From: Flectonema sp. DT1601
Taxonomy: Eukaryota
Assembly (NCBI GenBank): GCA_964019425.1
Contig: OZ025781.1
Coordinates: 1,116,001 to 1,180,000 of the forward strand
Length of the DNA stretch: 64,000 nucleotides
Reading direction: 5' to 3'
The notes beneath the pieces are model-generated. The model was not told the origin of the DNA, ran no database searches, and saw only the letters and a list, made by a program, of their open reading frames with translations. Positions 37,171-47,397 of the stretch are shown here, piece after piece (position 1 is the first letter of the stretch; each line of letters begins with the position of its first letter). Both the position numbers and the translations under genes were made by a program.

Positions 37171-37514
37171 TGCCTTTTTAGTGTAAGTGCTATAATAGGA
37201 AGAAAAATACACAACTACATAATAAGAAAGATAATGACGACGGTGATGCCTATCCATTCATCAATAAAACAAGCCATAGGGTTTCCTGTTAAAAAGTGAT
37301 TTCTACTGAAAGGGCGGCTGTAAGTTTGTCATCTAACGTGCTTCTCACAAGTTATTTTGGTGTGTATTTTGGAAATCTTTTTTTTTTTTCTTATTCGTGT
37401 TGGCATCTTGCTCGGGGTTTACATTCGTTAACATTTTTTTTTTTTTTTTTTTAGTTCTTCTTTGCCCAACCCCCTCTACGGTGCCCCCGACTCAAGTAAG
37501 CAGCTGGAGAGGTT

Positions 37515-37786
37515 TCAAGGACCAAAGCCAGTACCCCACTTGCCGAAGTGCTTACCATCCCAGTCTCCTGGGTGCTTTACAAGTGTAGCGAGTGGTGGCA
37601 TTGTGAAGTGTCTCGGTTCTGGCAAGATAACAGTTGGGTCAGTATTGTAGACGTCAACCTGTATTATTTTAACTGACTCAAGGAAAACAAGGTTAGAAAA
37701 CAATATGAACAACAACAACATACGTGTGGAACTGGCTTTGGGGTTGGAAGGCCGTGAAGTACATTTGCACCAGGTAATCCCGGCAT
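37515..37786 (-). CDS. 68-aa Pro/Gly-rich microprotein, paralog B, 2 exons (37786-37724, 37658-37515)
   Basis: Intron 37659-37723 lies at the same codon position as in paralog A. The protein is 66/68 identical to A. Confidence 0.88.
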
Positions 37787-38589
37787 TATTATTTATTAGT
37801 GTAAGTGTATACTGTAAAAAAAGAATACATAACATGATTTTTGTTAATTTGTATTATCGTCCTAAATCTCCCCTCTTGAATCCCCTTAAAAAACAACACA
37901 CCTTTTCGCCTTACTATAACCTATGACGAAGCAAAGAGAGATTTATAACTGGGACATATGTAATAAATATAACTAAAAAATAGAGAGTAAATCGCGTTAT
38001 AAACGTCCATAAACCAGACGACGCGAGACATACGTACGAGAGAAGGCAATCTAACTTTAACCTATCTACGTTAATGCAGATAACTAAAGTGGATAGCTAT
38101 ACTAACAAAAAAAAAATAAATGGACATTCGAGGGAAAGGAGAGAAATTTACTTTTTTTTTTTTTTTTTTTTTTAGTACTTCACAAAAGCGGCAAAGGCCA
38201 CCGTGACTGTGAAGCTCTTCTTACAAAAAAAAAAAAAAAAAAAAAATTAATTTTGTAAATTTAATAGCGGCGAAAGCCACAAATAATAATGACACAAACA
38301 GTACGAACACTGGGGGGTAACAAAGTTTACAATTAGTAGTCTCTATGCTTGGGAGTTTTTACTGCGGAAAGTCCTCGACTAGGGAATCATATGTGTAAAA
38401 AACCTCTTTGGGTTTTATCATTCCCTAATGTGTGATAGCAGGATTTGAATAAAAAAAAAACTCGTCCAAACACACACAAACTAAGTCTGAAGTGCGAGTT
38501 GTATTCTCTTCACCACAATCACTCATTAGAGTTTTGTTTATAATTATTTATAAAATGAAATTATTAACGACGATAATCACCTCACCCGA

Positions 38590-39237
38590 CTACGCAACAA
38601 TGTAAGTCTCCCAGTGCTCAGGAGCCTCGTCAACGTCAGTAGTTTCCAGTGATGGGGGTGAGTCATTGATACTGCTGTCTTCATCAGGAATAGGAATAAG
38701 TTCGGGAATAACAGCAGTTGGTATTTTATAACAGACGGTCTTCTTTGACATCGACGGTGACATTGGTGGAGAACAGTGAACGAAACAATTAAATTTTGAA
38801 CAAGGCGTTGCATCCCATTGCAAGAAAGCCTGTTTTGCTGTTAATGGATCAATTGGTCGAAGGAAGAATCTAGCAATCTTATTAGAAGGTTGGTGCCGTT
38901 TATCACTTTTTTCTACAACGATTGATGAGTAAAGGTGGAAACGAAGACCGATTTCACGGCAAATATCCAACGCGGTATACATGTCGAAATCGTTTTCACA
39001 GAACTGTGTTAGAGTAATCTGAATAACATCAAGACTCTTCTCATGCTTTCGATCTCTAAGGTCATAACTACTAACGACCATTACTGGTGGTAACCCTGTT
39101 GGACACCCCTCTCCCTTTAGAATAATTCTATCAATACAGAACATTCTCTTTACAATTTGATATCTCCATTCCAACAGTTCCAACACAAACCAGTTTGGTA
39201 CATTTCCTGAAACTTTTCCAATTTGCCAATATGGCAT
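38590..39237 (-). CDS. Hypothetical protein, 215 aa
   Basis: ATG-initiated ORF with coding-like composition in cluster orientation. No family recognised. Confidence 0.6.
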   Translation of the reverse strand: MPYWQIGKVSGNVPNWFVLELLEWRYQIVKRMFCIDRIILKGEGCPTGLPPVMVVSSYDLRDRKHEKSLDVIQITLTQFCENDFDMYTALDICREIGLRFHLYSSIVVEKSDKRHQPSNKIARFFLRPIDPLTAKQAFLQWDATPCSKFNCFVHCSPPMSPSMSKKTVCYKIPTAVIPELIPIPDEDSSINDSPPSLETTDVDEAPEHWETYIVA

Positions 39238-40079
39238 AGCTCCTTCTTTTTTTTTAGTTTTAGTTAAGAATAACTGGAAGGATAATTTGATATTAATAAG
39301 AAGGTGTATTACACACAGAAATCTGATGAATTGTACACTTGCCTGTAGTAAAAAATAATAATATTTTCAAAACAGTAATATAAACCTTATCACCTACCAT
39401 ACTAGAGAAACAGAGCTACACAGATACATAACAAGTACGAAACTAAATGAAATAAAAATATCGGGAGCATAAGAACAACGGGAATAGGGAGGAGAGCAGG
39501 AGAGATGCGATGGGCTTTTGATCTGCTGTATTTTTTTTTTTTTTTTTTTTCGTATTGCTTTTAGGCCTTAGCTTTATTTATTTTTTTTTTTATTTTTTTA
39601 TTTTTTTTTCCCATGATCAGTCCACCAACCCCGTTGGTGGTCTCACCTGGGGTCACACCCCAGTGAGAATAATTTTGTTTTTTGTTTTTCTCTCTAAAAT
39701 AAAAAATAGGGCAAGTCTAGATATATACTCCAAGAGAGAGAACGCCATTTTCATAACACAACATATAATCATGTATGTCGCTCACTACAGAAACAAAAAT
39801 TTGAAAAGAAAAAATAAAAACGAGCTTTTTTTTTCTAACCTGAGTGTCGTCATTGTTGAGGAGGAGATCCCTACATTGTAAATAGGCGGGCAAGAACAAA
39901 ATAACAAAAAAAAAAAAAAAAAAAAAAAAACTCTTATACTCAAATGGAATACAAGGAAGGGGGTAATAGTGGGTAGCAGTTGCTATAATTTCATTGTTTT
40001 GTTTTGTGTTGTTTTTTTTCTGTTCTTCTAAGGTAGTTATCTAACAGAAGATACTGCAGGCACACAGTATTGATTTAAA

Positions 40080-40127
40080 AAATAATAATAATAATAATAA
40101 TAAATAGTAATAATAATAATAATAATA
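40080..40127. repeat. (AAT)n imperfect microsatellite
   Basis: Direct reading. Confidence 0.85.
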
Positions 40128-41235
40128 AAAGAGTGAGGTTTTTTTTTGTTTATTCCCAAAAAAAATACTTCTATACCCCTATTCCAGAGGAAGCAAAGAG
40201 CAAGTATTGGATGGAACTCTCTCTGCACTTCAGGTGTAAAATAGTAATTATGGAAACAAAAACCTATATTTTTTCTCAAATAATAAAAAAAGATTTCCTG
40301 CAACCCATCAAAATGAGAAGACACCAAAAAAAAAAAAAGAATTCAACAAAGATGGGAGTTCTGCGGTTTTTTTATTTTTTTTTGCATACTTCCGACGACG
40401 TGATACAAAAATCATACGAGTAGTGTCTTGATACTACAATAAAGGTTCGGCCAAACCTGGTTGCCGTGTAAAAAAGACCAACAGCTGGTTTACGGATATT
40501 GGGGGGCCACGCCCTACAGGTTGAGTACTCACAATTCCGTGAGGGTGTTGTCAGGTTTTATTTATTAGATAAAAACCATTCAGATAAAGCTGCCTTATAT
40601 TTCGTTGACTGCAGACAGTAATACTGTCGTACAGTTAACATAAATAATAACCCTTGACATCATAAATAAGGCCCTGAATAGCTTCTTCTCAGACGTTGGT
40701 TACAGCAAAAAAAAAAAAAAAAAAAAATCTGAAAAAAAAAAAAAATTGATTATTATTTTTTCAAGCAAACTCAAAAGGTCAATCTCAACCTGCTGATGTG
40801 GATTGTGAACAAAATAGAATCGGCAAATTTCACATTTTTTTTTTTTAAATTTTTTTCATTCAATATTTTTTTATTTGGTTTGTTTTGTTTTGTTTGTCCG
40901 CAACTGTTACAAAACCCCCAATAAAGGAATAAATATGTAAGTCACGCTCCATTTCTATAGAGTTCCAATGCGGTAAGAATCAAACGCTCAGCTAACCAAA
41001 TCAAATTAATATATTCTTCCTTTCGGAATTTTACCCAAAAAAGGGTTTTTTTTTAATGCCGGAAAGAAACCGCATGTTAGTTCTTTTACTTTTGTTAGTC
41101 TGCTAGAATTCTATCTGAGAAAACTGGTAGTCTTTAAAAGTGTAAACACCGTAGTACAAGTTGCCTCCTGACGGTTTTTTTTTTAAATAAATTTTGTAAA
41201 TTAGTAAACTTATTATTGAGGAATAGCTAGCATTA

Positions 41236-41357
41236 ATAATTATCAGTCATTCAAAAAAAAAGGCAAAATTTCGTAGGACAACAAACAAAGTTGGTTTCGG
41301 GCTAAGATTAAAAACAATCTTTCTTCGGACCATTCCCCTTACCCAGCCCTCTTCAGC
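41236..41357. repeat. Dispersed repeat family R2, copy 2
   Basis: Core AATCTTTCTTCGGACCATTCCCCTTACCCAGCCCTCTTCAGC is nearly identical to 16929-16969. Confidence 0.75.
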
Positions 41358-42571
41358 GAAGAAAGCAAGGGGGACACTGCGGTGTCAGGCCTGTCCTACT
41401 CATCGCGTTTGCCCTTCTCAACCATTGAGGAAAAGCTAGTTAGTTATCAAGTCCATCAGACCACCGAGTATCGGTTAGGTAGACACTCAGAGAGTACCAG
41501 ATGGCTCTTCTGAGAATAAAGCGAGAAAAGAATCGTGGAAAAGAAAAAAAAAAAAATACTTCTTCAAGAAACAGACTTAAAAATGAATTTAGAGAAAACC
41601 CCTCAGAGGGTAAGAAAACAAAATCAAAGGGTTTTTTTTTTTTTTTTTTTTGTATACGATTGACAACCTCTCTTAAAAAAAAAAGAGGAAAGACGAAGGA
41701 CTGAAGAATAAAAGAAAAAAAGAAATATTAGTAGTCGGCCTCATGTGAGGCTTTCATTGCGCACCTATTAATAGAAAAGATCAGTATTCCGGCTACCTTA
41801 TCTGAGCGCACCTTTTAAACTATTGCGGCGGATCTAGAAAAAATTAGCATTGGTGGTACTACTTAGGTTGTCTCTACTCTAACACCACACATACAAAAGG
41901 GAAAGGGAAAAAAAAAAAAAAAAAAAACTGTCTGTTTGTTTGTTTAATTTTTTTTTTTTTTTTTTAAATCTGTTTTTGTCCGAGCAGTAACTTATGATCT
42001 CTGGCAAAAACGCATTATCAAAATTTGTAGAAAATAAAAATAAAAAAAAATAACTTAATCATGGTACTCCAGTGTAAAATCAAAATGATAAAACACAGCA
42101 TACATGTCAATTAAAACGAAAACGTGTCATTAATTCACACCATATTTGGTACTTGTCTGTACACGAATTGCGACCCTAAAATGGGATTTACGTCCTTTTT
42201 AAAAGAACTTCGGTCAAGGTTAGATACACTTGCAAAGGGCTCCGTCTTTGAAAACCTGTTTTAATTGCCGTTTTTTTATATACAACTAATCACTTAAGGA
42301 GCAGCACACATATACAATACTAAAGCTTAGGTAACAAACCTGGGCAAGTTAGTTGCACCAACCTGTTTAGATATCAGAAGTAGCATCGCTGAAGATGCTG
42401 CCTTGGGTTGGGAATTTTAGGAATTTTTTTTTGTTTTCTTTCGTCGATCAAAACCACAGAGTAAGACTACAAGGAAAAGGATAGCCTTTTTTTTTTTTTT
42501 TTTTTTACTAGTCATCTAGTGCTCCAGAAGGATATGTCTATTTGAGTTAACAAGACGTGAAAGAAAACACC

Positions 42572-44068
42572 CTACGTACCCATACGAAGTAGTTGCTTAA
42601 TAGAATTTGTAAAGGAGCCATCGCGGAGTTTAGCGAACGTTGAATTCGATCTGTTTCTGTTTGGTGGATCAGCAGCAGTGTCTAAGTTGAATCGGACAGA
42701 CTTTTTAACACAACAGCATTCCGGATCAGGTTCTGTGGTGGCAACACCTGAAGCCCATCGCTCAAAAGCCGAAGGAAGAATAGTTGTTGAAAAGGGTGTC
42801 CCCACACCACTCGAAGTTCCAGTCGAACTTCCTCCATTCTCATCACCATCAACACAACTCGTCGTGAGAAATAATTCCGCTGAGTCTCTCCATCCATTGG
42901 GTTCCATCATTGGAGCATCAAGTAAGAAAGCTGTATCTAATTCACTATTTGGGTATCTTATTAATAACGTTACTCGTAGCATGTCTTCTCTACCTAAATG
43001 GACAGCTGCGACACGACTGGCGTCTCTCCTCTGCTCAGGGTCATACTTTTGGAAAAAACTCGCAAGATGGCCCTCCAACCAATGGTATCTCCACATCACC
43101 TCAGCAACGTCATCTTTGTAAAATGCACCAAAAGATGATGGCTGGGTATCGTCTGGGGGATCTAACAAAAAATCCAAATCCTGTGCGCGGTTTGAGTATC
43201 TACCGATCATTCTCATGTACAGACGTAGCTCATGAAAAACAAACGCCTGAACCACTTTCGGAATATCTATGTCAGCCATTGGTCTCCCCTGCTCTTCCTC
43301 TCCGCTATAAAATGCATGCAAGTGTCTAGTCAGCCATTCTTCTCTAATCTTTTGTCTTGAATTAAAAGAACAGTTTGAAGGTGTTTTATTAAGACTTGTC
43401 TTTACTTCTCTCTCACTGTGTCTTTTTACTACCTCACCGATGGTTCTCGCCCAAGTCTCAGCATCTGTTTCACTGCTGGTGGTAACTTCTAGAATTCCGT
43501 TTGGGATAAAAGCTCCTGAAATTAGAATTTTTGAAGTTGGAGTATTAGGTGGTACGAAAGTAACCTTTGCTAGGTATAAGTTATAGCAACCAAGTTGCTC
43601 TGCGAGTGGTTTTGTGAAGAGGAGAAGATGAGTACCGCGGATTGCCATCCAACGTTTAATAGTTCTATTTAGCAGTCCTTGTTTGTGAACAGTAACCCAA
43701 CCAGCAAACAACCACGTTTCATCAGCAATGATTGAACCTGCTTGAATTATATCACTGGAACCATCTGAGGTTTCGGATACTTGTTCAAAGTCATTTGATT
43801 CTTTCTTCTTTTCATCAGATGTAGAATCAATTGCTTCTTTCTTATTATTAAATAGTTGTTTACAAGCACAACTACTTACACATTGACATGTATCATTTAA
43901 CTGGTTCTCAGTACATGTGTTTACTTCAAGTGAATGGCTCTCCATCGTCGATAAATACAAACAATCCGGGTATCGAGTGCTAACATCATTCCCTTCTACC
44001 TCGTACATAGCGCAAGGATACACTGGTTCTTCATTTGAGCTATTATAAATGCTATAAGGATAATCCAT
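42572..44068 (-). CDS. PH-domain protein with two internal helical repeats, 498 aa
   Basis: FAGWVTVHKQGLLNRTIKRWMAIRGTHLLLF...ETWARTI is PH-like. Two L..HL..F[YF].....E..L.......RY repeats follow. Acceptor at 44103. Confidence 0.75.
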   Translation of the reverse strand: MDYPYSIYNSSNEEPVYPCAMYEVEGNDVSTRYPDCLYLSTMESHSLEVNTCTENQLNDTCQCVSSCACKQLFNNKKEAIDSTSDEKKKESNDFEQVSETSDGSSDIIQAGSIIADETWLFAGWVTVHKQGLLNRTIKRWMAIRGTHLLLFTKPLAEQLGCYNLYLAKVTFVPPNTPTSKILISGAFIPNGILEVTTSSETDAETWARTIGEVVKRHSEREVKTSLNKTPSNCSFNSRQKIREEWLTRHLHAFYSGEEEQGRPMADIDIPKVVQAFVFHELRLYMRMIGRYSNRAQDLDFLLDPPDDTQPSSFGAFYKDDVAEVMWRYHWLEGHLASFFQKYDPEQRRDASRVAAVHLGREDMLRVTLLIRYPNSELDTAFLLDAPMMEPNGWRDSAELFLTTSCVDGDENGGSSTGTSSGVGTPFSTTILPSAFERWASGVATTEPDPECCCVKKSVRFNLDTAADPPNRNRSNSTFAKLRDGSFTNSIKQLLRMGT

Positions 44069-44360
44069 AGTTGTGATGTTTTCCTATTTTGTTCCTGCTG
44101 CTCTGAAAAGTGGGGGGAAATTATTATAAAAACAAACAAAAACGACACAACAATAATTGCTTTTAGTTATTTCTCAAAAAGTCTTTCACCTTTCTTGCCT
44201 GGTTTCAATGAAATAAATTATAAATTTGTAAAGGTACCTTTTAACAGTAAAGACGTTTAATAAGTGTATTTATTTGTATATGCGACAGATCAAATCGTGT
44301 ATTGCCCTACAACTACACAGTAATAGGTTAGAATTCACGTTATGGGTAAATGACTGGCGG

Positions 44361-44669
44361 CTAACACTGTTGGATACCTCCGTTGTATCCAGCAAAGCGA
44401 TCTTTTATCTGTTTTTTTTTTTTTTTTTTTTAAATTTTTTTTTTTTTTTTGATTATAAGTAACAAAAAAAACCTAACCTTTTCGTAATAACAAGCTCCCT
44501 TCTTTGGCCAATCTGGATTCTCAAATGGTCCTAATTCAGATATTTTTCCGAGTCCGGCTACTCCCGTGTCAGCTTTATCAGGTTTCGGAAATCCAGGAAA
44601 AGCCGCAATTTGTAAATTATTTGAACGAATACAACCATGGCCTGATCCATGGCATAGCTGCCCACTCAT
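44361..44669 (-). CDS. Putative 79-aa small protein, 2 exons (44669-44478, 44408-44361)
   Basis: Coding-like exon MSGQLCHGSGHGC...CYYEK, then intron 44409-44477 (GTTAGG, T-run, A-run, CAG), then IKDRFAGYNGGIQQC-TAG. Confidence 0.65.
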
Positions 44670-44945
44670 AGTGTCCCCCCCCTTTTATAATTATTACCTG
44701 CAAGGTGTTTTTTTTTATTAAGTATTGATAACAACATCAGAGAGGGGTGGATATATAAGTAGAGGTCGAGGAGGCTCCGGTTTTTGTCATTTTTTTTTTC
44801 CCCCTTCGATTCTTGAAAAAAAAAAAAAAAAAAAAAAATCTGAAACTTCCAACAGAAAAAACACTTTCGTATCGATAAACACGTCAGGTGTTTGCTGGTG
44901 AAGTTTAGTCTAGCAGTACAGGTAGGGAACAGGTTCACATAAAAA

Positions 44946-46142
44946 TCAATTTTGTATATCAGTGTACCACTTGTCAATCTGACAAGGTGTAGGATTACGT
45001 TCATACAACACACTTGCCACTACGTATAAGAACTTCATTGCAACATCCTTTTCAACTCCCAAATTCTCACACACTAATCCATACATGGTTGATTCACTTT
45101 TAGTGTACTGACATTCTCGACATTGACATAAGAGTGATTCGAACACACCATCAGTAGGACAAGACAGAACACATATTGCCTGATGTGATTGTGAAATTTG
45201 AATTTTATATATTTTGTTATCGAGGGCGAATAATTTGTCACTACGGCTGCTTATATAAAAAAACTTACACAAATCAGTTTTAATAAATATTTTCGCAGCC
45301 GATAATATCTCAATAACTTTTATATACAAAACTTCACAACGAATCGCTTCTCTCATTTCTTCAGCTGTTTTTGATGAGGGAATCTGTGCTGCTCGAGATT
45401 TCATTTTTATGTTATCGCAAATCCTTATTAAGTCTTTCATTGGATTTAGCATAAAAGTCGGTATATCAAGAGGCATAGCGCATATGCTACAATTCTTGTC
45501 ACCAAAAGAGATAGGGCTATCGCATATGTGGCAGTCTATTTTCCGATATTTAATAATGGTTTCGTCAACTGTCGGGTCGTCTAGTGAGTTTGAGTATGAT
45601 AAGGCAGCAATCTCTTTTTCACGTTTTCGTTGTCGAGTTCCGCGATCCGTCAGTTGTATTACGATTTCCTTCACTTCAAGAAAGTTATATTTTGTTTTCT
45701 CACAAAGCGATGAGATCTTTTCTATTGAACAATTGCAACCAGGGACTTCGTCGTATAGTCGTTTTGCTATAACTTCCACATCATCGTTAAACATTGCCTT
45801 CGGGTGTTCTGTGAGTACATCATGACCTTCACCACTATAATATCCAACGTATTTTTCATTATTTTCAACAACCGCTTTAAACCAGTTACCGCTCTCCGTA
45901 TGTCTAACCCATTTCGATCCATTTTCGTCTCCTGGCTGTAGTACGTAGCCTTCAATCATTTTTCTGCTCTGATGCAGAACATATGTTGCATTTTTGCTTG
46001 TTATCAGGAGTGGTACAATGCGGTCACATTCCCACTTTATAGTATATCCATCTTCTGTTTTATGATTCTTCATTCCTCGTGAGACTGATTCTCGTTTACC
46101 ATTCTTTTCTAATACCATACTCGTCCATGGCGTTGTGCACAT
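44946..46142 (-). CDS. Hypothetical protein, 398 aa, with a zinc-ribbon-like CxxC-x10-CxxC
   Basis: CHICDSPISFGDKNCSIC within a long ORF. Confidence 0.65.
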   Translation of the reverse strand: MCTTPWTSMVLEKNGKRESVSRGMKNHKTEDGYTIKWECDRIVPLLITSKNATYVLHQSRKMIEGYVLQPGDENGSKWVRHTESGNWFKAVVENNEKYVGYYSGEGHDVLTEHPKAMFNDDVEVIAKRLYDEVPGCNCSIEKISSLCEKTKYNFLEVKEIVIQLTDRGTRQRKREKEIAALSYSNSLDDPTVDETIIKYRKIDCHICDSPISFGDKNCSICAMPLDIPTFMLNPMKDLIRICDNIKMKSRAAQIPSSKTAEEMREAIRCEVLYIKVIEILSAAKIFIKTDLCKFFYISSRSDKLFALDNKIYKIQISQSHQAICVLSCPTDGVFESLLCQCRECQYTKSESTMYGLVCENLGVEKDVAMKFLYVVASVLYERNPTPCQIDKWYTDIQN

Positions 46143-46777
46143 TTTTGCTTAACGACTACCCTGAATATACACAAATATTTATCTTATATAAAATAAAAAA
46201 AAAAGAAATTTTCTCCCGGTTCGTAGCCGTGGCTACATTAGGGGGGGGGAGTAGGCGAGAGATCCAAGAAAAACAATAAATCGGTTGGTCATTCAAAAAT
46301 AAATACTAAAATTATTAGGAAATTTTTTTTTCTTCACATTCCCTTCAAGACGCAACGTTCCCCCAAATATCAACGAAGTGTTCAGAGAGAGGGTTACATA
46401 TCTCAGCTGGAAAGATTAATTTGCAGCTGTCTACCTTGAAACTAGCAGATTGGAAACAAGAATAATAAAAAAAACAAAAAAAAAAAAACGGATCAAAAGA
46501 TTAATAAAAAAAATATAATATTTTTTGCCTCTCATACTACGAAAGAAAATGGCCATTCACTCCTAATCTAATCATCCTCAGCATTAGGGTCTTATCGAAG
46601 ACTTTAAAAAAGAGTATGAACATTCAGAAACACAAATAATGTGATCAAATGAGACTTGTCATGTTTTACGTCTCAGCGTTATCTTTTATAAAAAATAATA
46701 ATAATAAAACAATTTTTTTTTTTGTTTCTTGCTTCGTAAGACTGAAAAGAATGAAGAAGTAGTCAAGAAAACTTTTT

Positions 46778-46812
<35 letters not shown>

Positions 46813-46969
46813 CACACACATCATGCAGACAACAATATGTAAATATTATTGTTTACACACCTAATAAGAAATCATACTCAAAACAGTATTTTAAGGTTCC
46901 CAAAGTTGGGGGGGATAGTAAATTAAAAAAAAAAAAAACAGGGATAACATTCCCAAGCATATTTATAAT

Positions 46970-47145
46970 AAAAAGAATTGGCTTTATCTTCAACTATACA
47001 GAAAATAATAATATAACAACTGTGATTTTGTTTGTTTGTGCACGAAACCGTGAACCGACTTAAACTGGTAAAGCTAAAGGAGGTTTACGTGTGCTGCCAA
47101 CATTCTTTTTCGTTCTTACAATACTTCTTAAATGCAAAAAAAAAA
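46970..47145. repeat. Dispersed ~170-bp repeat R1, copy 2
   Basis: Near-identical to 18267-18437. Confidence 0.9.
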
Positions 47146-47397
47146 GTGTAAATTAAACTTAGCGCAGTAATCAACTATAATATACTCACAGTAAGGTGAT
47201 TGACCGATTAAGAAGTTCACTACAATACACAATACAAAGTAATCTTAGAACTTTGAGGCAATATCAACCTAGACCCAAGTAATAAGGCTGAAAAAGGAAC
47301 AATTTAAAAAAAAAAGGATAAACTGAGAAGAATGAACAGAAGATTTAAAATGCTCGTCCCATTCCCTGCAGTCCGTTACGACCGATGTCGAATTGAC

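Noticed and set aside
42485..42580. Additional terminal intron in the PH-domain gene (GTACGT...A-run AG)
   Set aside because: It is plausible but two acceptors are possible and no homology anchors either, so it was not counted.
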